The position numbers and the translations under genes were made by a program. The notes beneath the pieces were generated by a model. The model had not been told where the DNA came from and searched no databases. It was given only the letters and a program-made list of their open reading frames with translations. From an uncultured Phycisphaeraceae bacterium (GTDB taxonomy: Bacteria > Planctomycetota > Phycisphaerae > UBA1845), in NCBI GenBank assembly GCA_964586145.1, contig CAZPHH010000009.1, forward strand, positions 5,912 to 69,911: 64,000 nucleotides of DNA, in the 5' to 3' direction. Of this stretch, positions 11,754 to 19,902 are shown piece after piece (position 1 is the first letter of the stretch; the number at the start of each line of letters is the position of its first letter).

Positions 11754-12297
11754 TGAAACAGCCCCCGACCGCGGCGGCTTCTTCGACCACCGGGGTCAGG
11801 GGCTGATTGTGCGGTCCAGCCCCCTGATTTTCAAATTTGAGGAAGCTGCCGCGCGTCTCGCTCTTCCCGTCCCTCCGCGCGAGGGTGCTTTTGCCGTGTC
11901 GTCCCAATCATCAGCCCCTCGGACGGAAGCTGTCGTGTCCCTCCGTTCAGAGGAGCAGTCAATGGCGTTTCATCGCAAACCGGTCCGCTCTCGCCCCCAT
12001 CCCAGGCGGAGGCTTTCCAGACTCCACGTTGGTCCAACGCCGGGAACAAGGCTCCGGCCAAGGCGTTGGCTCCACAGACACGATCTCCCTTAAAAAAACC
12101 AGTCTTCCTCACGAAACACGTATGGTACTGACAAGGACGGTGACCGGAGCCTTGTCCAGCGTTTCGCAGAATCAGCGTGTGGTGACGAACGGAGAGCCGC
12201 CCTGCGTCGGCAACCGGAACGCAAGGGCACACGCCGCGCGACGTCCGGGACGCCACAAGTTCACTCTTCGTTCATCGGGCTGACGCTTGAGGAAAAT

Positions 12298-12348
12298 ACG
12301 GAATGACGAACAGTACGAATGACGGATTCAAACGGAATACACGCGTCC
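12298..12348. repeat. three imperfect ~17-bp tandem repeats (core ACGGAATGACG) in an AT-rich island
   Basis: ACGGAATGACGAACAGT / ACGAATGACGGATTCAA / ACGGAATACACGCGTCC, read directly. They lie in a 1.1-kb region without a credible ORF. Confidence 0.4.
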
Positions 12349-12838
12349 GCCCATGCACTTTCTATTGTCTGCCAACGTCTATTTCATACCCGATAACGCA
12401 AAAAAGTCAAGAGCGCAGCGCCCCGAAAGTGACAAATTGTTGTCGGCGCGTTGCATGTTCCATGCGATGATGCCTGTTCGGTGGCGTCGCCTGACGCGGC
12501 CGACCCCTCCGCAGTCCGATTCCTGAGCGACAAGGTCCCCTGGAAGCTGCCATCGCAGCTCGCTCTGACGCACGACCCCGCGTCTGAGAACGCGACCGAC
12601 CGTGACGCATCCCATCCCCGCATTTCCTCCGGTCTGAACCGATCCTTCGTAGAGGTTCGTGGACCCGCCGAACTGAACCCTGTCAGCGCCCACAAGCCCA
12701 GGACGTCGCTCACCCGTCGCCGCTTGTCGTCTCGGTGGAGCGTCGAGTGAGGTCAGAGCCCAGCGACCGCCGGCGGCCGACCAAGACTTGGCCGGACCGG
12801 GACGATCGCGGCCAGTCGGTTGGTGCCCGATTACGGTC

Positions 12839-12867
12839 TTGGTGACGGGGCACGGACATACTATACT
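12839..12867 (+). promoter_or_regulatory. candidate sigma70-type promoter for cdaA
   Basis: TTGGTG-17 nt-TATACT, about 70 nt upstream of the cdaA ATG. Confidence 0.3.
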
Positions 12868-12939
12868 CCTCCCGGAGGCGACGGAACGCAGGGGCGCCGT
12901 GTAACCACTTTCGGCAGCAATAGGGGCAGGGCCACCGCG

Positions 12940-13896
12940 ATGCCGGGTTGGCTGATCGCACAATTGACCTTCGCGGATCGGGTCGGGCGTTTCGGAGCCC
13001 GTCTGGCCGACATCGAGTTGTACGATCTTTTCCGGGTCGCCCTCGAGATGTTCCTCATCGGGATCGTCGTGTACTTCACGCTGCGATTCCTCCAGGGCAC
13101 TCGGGGGGCCCGACTGCTACGGGCCATCGGCCTGATCGTCGTCGTCAGCTTTCTGGTGGTCCGACTGGTGGCCGCAAAGCTTGAACTCGACCGCATCAGT
13201 TACGTGTATCCCTACTTCCTGGGCGCCGTGTTTCTCATCACGCTCATCGTATTCCAGACGGAGTTGCGCCGCGGCTTGCTGCTGATCGGGGCGAACTGGT
13301 GGTCGCGGAGCTGGGCGGAGGAGGCGGCCCGGGTCATCGAGCCGGTCGTCCAGGCCGCCGCGAGCCTCTCCAAGAAGAAGGTCGGCGCCCTGATTGCCGT
13401 AGAGCGGAGCGTGGGCATGGCCGCTGTGGCCGAGACCGGCGTGGCCCTGGACGCGGTGGTGAGCGCCGAGCTTCTCGGCTCGGTGTTCTGGCCCGGCTCC
13501 GTGCTGCACGACATGGGCGTGATTATCCGGGGCAATCGAATTGTGGCGGCCGGGTGCCAGTTTCCGCTGACCGATTCCGATGATGTCGACCGCTCGCTGG
13601 GCAGTCGCCACCGCGCCGCGGTGGGCATCAGCCACGAATCGGACGCGCTGGTGGTGGTGGTCAGCGAAGAGACCGGCACCATCTCGGTGGCCGAGCATGG
13701 TCGCCTGCGCCGCTCGCTGACCCCCGACACGCTCCGCCAGATCCTCACCGAGGGCCTGACGGGCGGGGTGGGGCGCGGAGCCGGCGCGAGCTTCCTGCGT
13801 TCAGAGAAGGCCGCCGTGCCGCGTCCGTCCGTCGCTCGGGAAGAAAGCTCGGATGCGTCCGGGACCACGCTGTCCAAGGCGAAGACGGGTACCTGA
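12940..13896 (+). CDS. cdaA: diadenylate cyclase CdaA (c-di-AMP synthase)
   Basis: Three N-terminal TM helices and a DAC domain with GALIAVER...DMGVIIRGNRI...GSRHRAA...SEETGTISVA. The start is set at MPGWLIAQ. Confidence 0.9.
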   Translation: MPGWLIAQLTFADRVGRFGARLADIELYDLFRVALEMFLIGIVVYFTLRFLQGTRGARLLRAIGLIVVVSFLVVRLVAAKLELDRISYVYPYFLGAVFLITLIVFQTELRRGLLLIGANWWSRSWAEEAARVIEPVVQAAASLSKKKVGALIAVERSVGMAAVAETGVALDAVVSAELLGSVFWPGSVLHDMGVIIRGNRIVAAGCQFPLTDSDDVDRSLGSRHRAAVGISHESDALVVVVSEETGTISVAEHGRLRRSLTPDTLRQILTEGLTGGVGRGAGASFLRSEKAAVPRPSVAREESSDASGTTLSKAKTGT

Positions 13897-13897
13897 C

Positions 13898-14938
13898 ATG
13901 GCCCAGATCAAGCTCATCGCGATGACCATCGGACTGACCGTGCTGATCTGGGTGTTTGCCGACCAGCTCCTGCGGGAATCCGATGATCTGCTCATTCACG
14001 TTCGCCTCGCGCCCTCCGGCCCAACTGGAATGTCGGTCCGGACGCCGGACGATCACACTCCGTCTTTCCGGGTGCGAGTCAGCGGACCGCGGCGTATCAT
14101 CGCCAAGAAGGTGGTCGGCGGCTCTGTTGGTGTGGACCTTCCCGTCACGGAGCGCAAGACCGGCCGGTACACTCTGACCATGCTCGAGGAGCTCCGGAAG
14201 CTGCCCGGCCCGTTCGACGATCTGTCCATCGAATCCGTCAGCCCGGAAACGCTCGACGTTCTGGTGGACAACACCGTCACAGTCGAAATGGACGTTCGCC
14301 TCCGCGAAACGGAGGCGCTCGACTTCGAGATCGACCCCACCGTGGAGCCGACGAGGGTTCGCGTGGCGATTTCGGAATTGGCCCTGCACGGGCTGCCGCC
14401 GGACATCGCCGGCATCCCCCCGGACCAGCGCTACGTCGCCCTGAACGTCACCCGCCACCTCGCGAAGTTCCCGGCGGGCACGCTGTTCTCCCGCGACGTC
14501 ATGCTCGAACACCGCGTGGCCGGGGTCAATGTTCGCATCGAACCGCCTGAAGTCCGCCTCGTTGCGCAACTGGCGGAGCGACGCAAGGAAACCACGATCC
14601 CCGCGGTCCCCATCAACTTTCAAGGGAGCGCGACGGTATTAAACCGTTACTTTATTGACCAGCGCGACCGTTTCACCCTGCTGACGCAGCCGATTACGCT
14701 CCGCGGTCCGGATGACGTGCTGGATCGGATCACCTCCGGGCAGATCAAGGTTTTCGGGATCATCACCCTGACGACGCCGAATGCGGACGAGGTGGGCAAG
14801 TTCCAGGAGGCGATGCCGCGTTTCAACCTGCCGCCGGGGGTAGAGTTGGTGGGGTCACCCGATCCGGTCGAGTTCCGTCTGTTACCCCGACCCTCGCCCG
14901 AGAACGGCAACGAGTCCCCCCAGGCGTCGCTGAACTAG
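13898..14938 (+). CDS. CdaR-like regulator candidate (YbbR-type, by position)
   Basis: The ATG lies 1 nt after the cdaA stop. It has an N-terminal TM helix (IKLIAMTIGLTVLIWVFA) followed by repetitive beta-rich segments. The assignment rests mainly on cdaA-cdaR synteny. Confidence 0.6.
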   Translation: MAQIKLIAMTIGLTVLIWVFADQLLRESDDLLIHVRLAPSGPTGMSVRTPDDHTPSFRVRVSGPRRIIAKKVVGGSVGVDLPVTERKTGRYTLTMLEELRKLPGPFDDLSIESVSPETLDVLVDNTVTVEMDVRLRETEALDFEIDPTVEPTRVRVAISELALHGLPPDIAGIPPDQRYVALNVTRHLAKFPAGTLFSRDVMLEHRVAGVNVRIEPPEVRLVAQLAERRKETTIPAVPINFQGSATVLNRYFIDQRDRFTLLTQPITLRGPDDVLDRITSGQIKVFGIITLTTPNADEVGKFQEAMPRFNLPPGVELVGSPDPVEFRLLPRPSPENGNESPQASLN

Positions 14939-14963
14939 GGGTGAGATTTTCCGGGCCGGCCAC

Positions 14964-14991
14964 TTGACACGGGATGGCGCCGGGCTATTCT
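14964..14991 (+). promoter_or_regulatory. promoter of the stand-alone 5S rRNA gene
   Basis: Perfect -35 TTGACA (14964-14969), 16-nt spacer, -10 TATTCT (14986-14991). The predicted TSS coincides with the 5' end of the 5S helix I. Confidence 0.55.
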
Positions 14992-14995
14992 ACCC

Positions 14996-15104
14996 TGTGC
15001 GGTGACAATGCGTGCAGGGAAACACCCGTCCCCATTCCGAACACGGTAGTGAAGCCTGTACGGCCGAGGGTAGTCGAAAGGCGAGATTAGGTGATTGCCG
15101 CATT
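14996..15104 (+). rRNA. rrf: 5S ribosomal RNA, short (~109 nt) form
   Basis: CCCAUUCCGAACACGGUAGUGAAGC and GCCGAGGGUAGU match universal 5S loop B/C and loop E regions. Helix I pairs 14997-15005 with 15095-15103. Helix IV is shortened. Confidence 0.85.
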
Positions 15105-15110
15105 ATTTTG

Positions 15111-15139
15111 AAAGCCCGCTTCGGCGGGCTTTTCTTTTG
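15111..15139 (+). terminator. Rho-independent terminator after 5S rRNA
   Basis: AAAGCCCGC-TTCG-GCGGGCTTT stem-loop followed by TCTTTTG. Confidence 0.75.
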
Positions 15140-15227
15140 TCACCATCGGATCGGTCTGTATCCGGCGCGGCTCGGGCGTCCGCGGTGACGAGCCGGACCG
15201 TGCCGCTCTTTCTGAGGAGATCCAGGC

Positions 15228-15317
15228 GTGGGAATCGTCGCAACGGCATTGGTTCTGATCGGGATTCTTCTGGCGTCGTTCGGGGCCATATTCACCCCAC
15301 TGGTGCTGGCCACGTGA
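15228..15317 (+). CDS. candidate 29-aa hydrophobic mini-protein
   Basis: GTG preceded by GAGGAG (8-nt spacing). Translation MGIVATALVLIGILLASFGAIFTPLVLAT is a single TM helix. It is below the ORF-track length cutoff and is speculative. Confidence 0.25.
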   Translation: MGIVATALVLIGILLASFGAIFTPLVLAT

Positions 15318-15388
15318 GTGGGACCGTTCCGGCGCCGCTGATCGTGCCGGTGGTCGGAGTTCAATCATCTCATGGAAGGTAAAGAACG

Positions 15389-16087
15389 ATGAGCGCTCGT
15401 CTGGTGATCGTGACCGGGGGCGGCCGGGGCATCGGCCGGGCCACGTGTCGGCGCTTCGCAGCGGCCGGCGACCAGGTGGTGGCCGTTGCCCGAACGGCCG
15501 CCGAAATCGAGGAAACTCGCGATCAGATACAGGCGGACGGCGGCGTCTGCGCAGCCTGCTCTGCGGACCTGGGCCGCTGTGAGGAGGTCGAGCGGCTCAT
15601 CGACTCCGTCCATCGCGAGTTCGGCCGGGTAGACGTGCTGGTGAACAATGCGGGCATGGTCGTCAAGGGACCGGCGGCGACGATGGATCCTGCCGCCTTC
15701 GAGGCCATGGTGGCCGTGAACATCTCGGCGATCTTCCATGCCACGCGCCGCGTCTGGCCCATCATGGAAGCCCAGGGGGGCGGCACGATCATCAATGTGT
15801 CGTCCATGGCCGCGTTTGACCCGTTCCCGGGGCTGGGCACGTACGGGGCGACCAAGGCGTGGGTGAACACGTTCACGCTGGGCCTGGCCGGCGAGGGTCG
15901 CAAGGCGGGCATCCGGGTGTTCGGCGTGGCCCCCGGCTCGGTGGAGACCAAGATGCTTCGCAGTATCTTCCCCGACCTGCCGGCGCATCGCGTGCTTTCA
16001 CCGGATCAGCTCGCCGATACGATCTTCGCCGTGGCCCGGCCCGAGTTCGCGCATGCCACCGGGCAGGTCATCGCGGTTCGCAGTTGA
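15389..16087 (+). CDS. short-chain dehydrogenase/reductase (SDR)
   Basis: TGGGRGIG cofactor motif, NNAG, and the S...YxxxK pattern (YGATKAW). Confidence 0.9.
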   Translation: MSARLVIVTGGGRGIGRATCRRFAAAGDQVVAVARTAAEIEETRDQIQADGGVCAACSADLGRCEEVERLIDSVHREFGRVDVLVNNAGMVVKGPAATMDPAAFEAMVAVNISAIFHATRRVWPIMEAQGGGTIINVSSMAAFDPFPGLGTYGATKAWVNTFTLGLAGEGRKAGIRVFGVAPGSVETKMLRSIFPDLPAHRVLSPDQLADTIFAVARPEFAHATGQVIAVRS

Positions 16088-16110
16088 TCGTCCGCCCGAC
16101 CGCGCGGCGT

Positions 16111-17331
16111 TCATGAGCCGCCCAGAATCGTGACACTGGGCGTCTGGCGTGCAGCCAGGTTCCCTCGCAAGGCGTCGACCTGCTGTTGGAGTTGGCGCAT
16201 TCGACCGCGCAGATTCTCCGGGGCGAAGCCGATCTGCCGTTCGTACTCGGCGGCGATGGCCGTGACGTTGCGCGACTTCATCCCGTCCAGTTCCTGCCGC
16301 AGGAATTCCGATTCCGCCCGGATTTCCTCGGCGCGAATGGCCACTTCCGCCAGGCGTTCGCGGAGCTTTCCGACCACCTCCCCACCGGCCTGGGCTCGTC
16401 GCTGCGCTCGCTGCTCGCGCAGGCGTAAGCGGGCCTCGGCCAACTCAGCTTCTGCCTGATGAAGCTCCGCGGCGGGCCCTTGCCCCCTCTCGACCAAGGC
16501 CCGCGTGTGATCCACCTTTGCCTGGTGTGCGGCGATGATCTTCTCAACCTCTTCCGCAATGGGGTCGGGGCCGCCCTGGACCTGTTCGTCCACGCGGGCG
16601 ATCTGCTGGAGGATGGCATTCTCCTGGGCTTCCGCGCGTTTCAGCTCGCGTTCCATGTCCGCCAGGCGTTCCCGTAGCGATCCCTGAATCCTCAGAACAC
16701 GATCCAGCCGCAATTCCTCCACGCCTGCCTGGGTTCGAAGCGCCTCCTCCAGTTCCGCGAGTTGCTGCAGGCGACCACTGATCTCAGCCAGTTGTTGCTC
16801 GGCGACCGCCAGTCCGCGTTCCAGGCGCTCACCCTCCTGCTGTGATGCCTCTTTCAGTATGGCATCCACTCGGGCGCACAGTGCATCCCAGAAGCCCTGG
16901 CGGACCGGCTCACATGCAGCCCCTTCCCAACCGGCAGTCAGAATACAAACCATAGTCCCGCCTGCAGGAGGCGGACTGGGCAGCGGCATGGGCCCCTCCG
17001 TCATGGCTCCCGGCATCCCCCCCATGCCAGGTTGGCGGCCGAACATGACGCCACCACGATCATCGAGCCGGGACAGTCTGATGGCTGCTCGCAACTGGGC
17101 CGGATCACAGGGCGAGTCTTCCACTCTGAACTCCGGATACGTTCGTTCCAGCGCAACATTGAAAAGCTCCTGCGCCCCGTCCGCGCTCAGATGGAGAGCC
17201 GAAGGGTCGCACGCGATTCGCACCACGCACGACGACGGGGCGAGCCCCGGCTCAACCGCCTTCGGTTGGGCAGACGCCGGCCAAGCGGTCACAAGCAACG
17301 CCGCCGCTACTGCAATCACACGGACTTTCAT
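16111..17331 (-). CDS. secreted coiled-coil protein, function unknown
   Basis: Signal peptide MKVRVIAVAAALLVTAWPASA-QP, a Gly/Met/Pro-rich linker, then ~250 aa of heptad-like E/R/L/A/Q-rich sequence. ATGA overlap with the upstream gene. Confidence 0.7.
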   Translation of the reverse strand: MKVRVIAVAAALLVTAWPASAQPKAVEPGLAPSSCVVRIACDPSALHLSADGAQELFNVALERTYPEFRVEDSPCDPAQLRAAIRLSRLDDRGGVMFGRQPGMGGMPGAMTEGPMPLPSPPPAGGTMVCILTAGWEGAACEPVRQGFWDALCARVDAILKEASQQEGERLERGLAVAEQQLAEISGRLQQLAELEEALRTQAGVEELRLDRVLRIQGSLRERLADMERELKRAEAQENAILQQIARVDEQVQGGPDPIAEEVEKIIAAHQAKVDHTRALVERGQGPAAELHQAEAELAEARLRLREQRAQRRAQAGGEVVGKLRERLAEVAIRAEEIRAESEFLRQELDGMKSRNVTAIAAEYERQIGFAPENLRGRMRQLQQQVDALRGNLAARQTPSVTILGGS

Positions 17332-17933
17332 GAGACACCTCCCGTGGAAGTTTCGATTTCATTCAGTCGCTGCCGAGCGGTGTCGGCAGCGGGGGTTTGC
17401 GGAAACAGGTCCACAATTCGCCTGTACGTGGCCGCGCAGGCGGTGCTCACCACCCCGCTGCCGCAACGTCGCTCCGCGGATTCCAGCGCCACGTCCGCCA
17501 CGCCGGCGATCTGGCCGCGCAGCTCCTCCAAGGGGTCCGGCCGGTCGAGTTCCTTCTGAAGCTCAGCCAGTCGGGCACGGCTTCTCTCATAGGCCAGCAG
17601 AGCATCCACCGCCGCCTCCCGGGTCCGGATATCCGACTCCAGGCGGTCGATCTCAGCGCGGAGTTCCGCGGGATCAGCCACCGTTGGCGTCACCGCCGGG
17701 AGTTTCGGCTCGCCGGGGGACGCAACATGGGTGTTGCCCGGCGCTGTGCCCAGGAGCCACCATCCACCCAGCCCCACCAGAAGCAGCACACTTGCCGTGA
17801 CCCCCGTTGTCCGAGTCTGTGTACGCCGCAGGGCCTTTCGGCGAACCCGGTCCGCCAAGCCGTCGGCCAGGGGTCGGCCCGGGCCAGCCGCCGCGTCCGC
17901 GTCTCGGATTAGCCTGGCAAGGGGATCGCTCAT
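17328..17933 (-). CDS. putative anti-sigma factor (single-pass membrane protein)
   Basis: Immediately follows the ECF sigma gene with an ATGA overlap. It has a short cytoplasmic N-terminus, one TM helix (VTASVLLLVGLGGWWLLG) and a helical exterior domain. No zf-HC2 motif was seen. Confidence 0.55.
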   Translation of the reverse strand: MSDPLARLIRDADAAAGPGRPLADGLADRVRRKALRRTQTRTTGVTASVLLLVGLGGWWLLGTAPGNTHVASPGEPKLPAVTPTVADPAELRAEIDRLESDIRTREAAVDALLAYERSRARLAELQKELDRPDPLEELRGQIAGVADVALESAERRCGSGVVSTACAATYRRIVDLFPQTPAADTARQRLNEIETSTGGVS

Positions 17934-18520
17934 ATCGCACCTTCATCCACACCCACGTGGCCCAGTTTCTCCTTCAGACGCTGCCGGGCCCGCATCAGGC
18001 GAACGTTCACGGTATTGGGTCGCACTCCGAGGATTTCACCCACACGCTCCACCGGCAGGTCCTCCAGGTACCGCAGGACGATGACCTCACGGTACGCGAC
18101 GGGCAGTTGGCGTATGGCGTCACGCACGACCGCGGTTGCGTCCCCATCGTGACGATGCTCGCCGGACCCAAACTCGGCATCGGGCGTCGCTTGCCGGAGC
18201 AGCCATAACCACCTCATCCGATGCCGTTTGCGACACTGATTCACAGTCAGGACAGTCAGCCAGGTGGAAAGTCGGCAGTCCCCGCGAAAACGAGCCCGAT
18301 GGGTCCAAACCGCCAGGAACACGTCCTGAACGATATCCTCCACCTCGCCGGACCAGCCCACCAGCCGATAGGCCAGACGAGCGACGTGGCCCTGGTGGGC
18401 CGTCACAAGCCGAGCGAAGGCTGTGGCATCTCCGTCGGCACAGGCCGACCAAAGCCGCGTCTCCTCACTGGCCGTAACATCCACCCGTATTCCACCCGTA
18501 ATGACCAGGGTCCCGGTCAT
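17930..18520 (-). CDS. ECF-type RNA polymerase sigma factor
   Basis: Region 2 (EDIVQDVFLAVWTHRARFRG...STWLTVLTVNQCRKRHR) and region 4 (VIVLRYLEDLPVERVGEILGVRPNTVNVRLMRARQRLK). ATG 18520 is preferred over the TTG at 18571. Confidence 0.85.
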   Translation of the reverse strand: MTGTLVITGGIRVDVTASEETRLWSACADGDATAFARLVTAHQGHVARLAYRLVGWSGEVEDIVQDVFLAVWTHRARFRGDCRLSTWLTVLTVNQCRKRHRMRWLWLLRQATPDAEFGSGEHRHDGDATAVVRDAIRQLPVAYREVIVLRYLEDLPVERVGEILGVRPNTVNVRLMRARQRLKEKLGHVGVDEGAI

Positions 18521-18594
18521 GACCACCCTATTAGACCCGGACCAGGGCGGGAGATGACAGAGAATTCCCAAGGCGGCGGGCCGGCAGGCAGGCT

Positions 18595-19323
18595 TCAGGA
18601 TGGGATTGCCGCGAGGGCATCGCGGATTTCGCGGAGGACGGCGTCGTGCCGGGGGGTCCAGGCCCGGGCGGGTCGGGATTCGGCCTCGTCGTCGCCCAAC
18701 CCGGCGGTTTTCGACCCTCGGAGGCGGTCCAGGATGAGCGTACGGACGTGTTGGGGGTCTTGGATGCCTTCGATCAGCCCCTGGTTGGTGACCTGGAAGC
18801 CTTTCTCATGGGAGTCACCGCCCGCGCCGGCCGTCTCGACAACCACATCTGCGATGGCGAAGTGCCGCTGCACCGGGCCCTGCGAGACACGGATGTTCTG
18901 GACGTTTTCAAAGGTGATCGTCACCTCGCGGATGACCCAGACGCCTCGCCGAATGCGAAGGCTGCGCCGCGTCATGACGTACCAGGTAGTGTCGTACCGC
19001 AGGTGCAGCGCCACGAACACGATAATGTCCGGCACAACCGCCAGAATGAAGGCCACCGGAAACAGCAGAATGCCCAGCCAGGGGACGAAGACCGTCAGGA
19101 CGATCCAGCCGACGAGGATGGCCACGTCCAGCGGCAGCAGGCCGAGCCAGAACCAGAACTTGAGATACCGCAGGAAGCCCGGGGCGGGCTGAAACGTCTC
19201 GATGACGTCACCCGGCTCCACGGGCAGCGTCGGCGGTTCTTTCGGCACGCGGAACCAGTCGACGAGCACGCGCCAGACGCCCTGGTAGATCCACTGCGAA
19301 GCATGCTCCGTTCGGCCGCTCAT
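18595..19323 (-). CDS. bPH_2 (YdbT-like) membrane-flanked PH-domain protein
   Basis: TM hairpin followed by YVMTRRSLRIRRGVWVIREVTITFENVQNIRVSQGPVQRHFAIADVVVETAG. The ATG at 19323 overlaps the upstream stop (ATGA). Confidence 0.7.
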   Translation of the reverse strand: MSGRTEHASQWIYQGVWRVLVDWFRVPKEPPTLPVEPGDVIETFQPAPGFLRYLKFWFWLGLLPLDVAILVGWIVLTVFVPWLGILLFPVAFILAVVPDIIVFVALHLRYDTTWYVMTRRSLRIRRGVWVIREVTITFENVQNIRVSQGPVQRHFAIADVVVETAGAGGDSHEKGFQVTNQGLIEGIQDPQHVRTLILDRLRGSKTAGLGDDEAESRPARAWTPRHDAVLREIRDALAAIPS

Positions 19324-19838
19324 GCCTCGGCCCTCCTCTGCCTCGCCAGTCGGCGCACTTCGTCGCGGATTTCGCAAAGGACCTTCAGGGTCTCGTCCCC
19401 ACCGTCACCCGCGTCGGCCGGTGTCTCCGGGCTTCCTTCTCCCCTGGCCCCGCGCATCTGCGCGTAGAGGTAGTCTCGCAGAGCTTCCGCCAGCAAAATG
19501 CCCTCAATGGTCATCTCCGCCCCGGCCGACCCGGACGCAGTCTGGACGGAAATCGTGGCCAGGCCCAGCCAGCGGTGCAGGATGTTCCGGGTCACGTGGA
19601 TGTCCTGGATTCGCCGGTACGTCAAATAGATTTCGCGGCGAAACAGGACGCCCCAGGACATGGAGACGCCCTTGTCGTCAAAGCGGTACCGAAGCGTGTG
19701 GTACTTGCACCAGAGAACGATGATCACCACCGGAAAGGCCACGGTGGTCAGCAGGGACACGAGAATGTAGTAGGTCATCAGCACCGGGTCGGGGCGGGTG
19801 ATGGCCTGCGGATCGAAAGGCATTTGCGCACGTGACAT
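19320..19838 (-). CDS. bPH_2 (YdbS-like) membrane-flanked PH-domain protein
   Basis: TM hairpin and RYRFDDKGVSMSWGVLFRREIYLTYRRIQDIHVTRNILHRWLGLATISVQTAS. ATG 19838 has a GGAGG 7 nt upstream. Confidence 0.75.
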   Translation of the reverse strand: MSRAQMPFDPQAITRPDPVLMTYYILVSLLTTVAFPVVIIVLWCKYHTLRYRFDDKGVSMSWGVLFRREIYLTYRRIQDIHVTRNILHRWLGLATISVQTASGSAGAEMTIEGILLAEALRDYLYAQMRGARGEGSPETPADAGDGGDETLKVLCEIRDEVRRLARQRRAEA

Positions 19839-19902
19839 TACGGGGCCTCCGTTGTGGTCGGGCCGCAACGCCGAGCGATCATACCGTTCCTGCGATCAGA
19901 AT

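Noticed and set aside
11799-11830. GGGGCTGATT, which resembles the conserved 5' end of tmRNA.
   Set aside because: No tRNA-like T-arm, CCA-proximal acceptor complement or tag-peptide reading frame ending in Ala-Ala-stop could be found within 400 nt on that strand. The motif is simply one arm of a local hairpin.
12631-12700. GAACCCUGUCAGC plus GUGGACCCG and CUGAACC, reminiscent of the c-di-AMP (ydaO) riboswitch 3' segment, located upstream of cdaA.
   Set aside because: The highly conserved CAGCUAAC continuation, the GGGGxCCCA/GGGGUGAAUC blocks and the pseudo-symmetric first half are missing. The best cdaA promoter candidate also lies downstream of it. Running cmsearch with RF00379 would settle this.
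11754-12939. RNase P RNA, 6S RNA or SRP RNA in the ORF-free region.
   Set aside because: I could not find the universal P4 blocks (GAGGAAAGUCC / ACAGAAxxCGGCUUA) or the SRP GGAAGCAGCC motif on either strand. The region is kept only as an unexplained finding.
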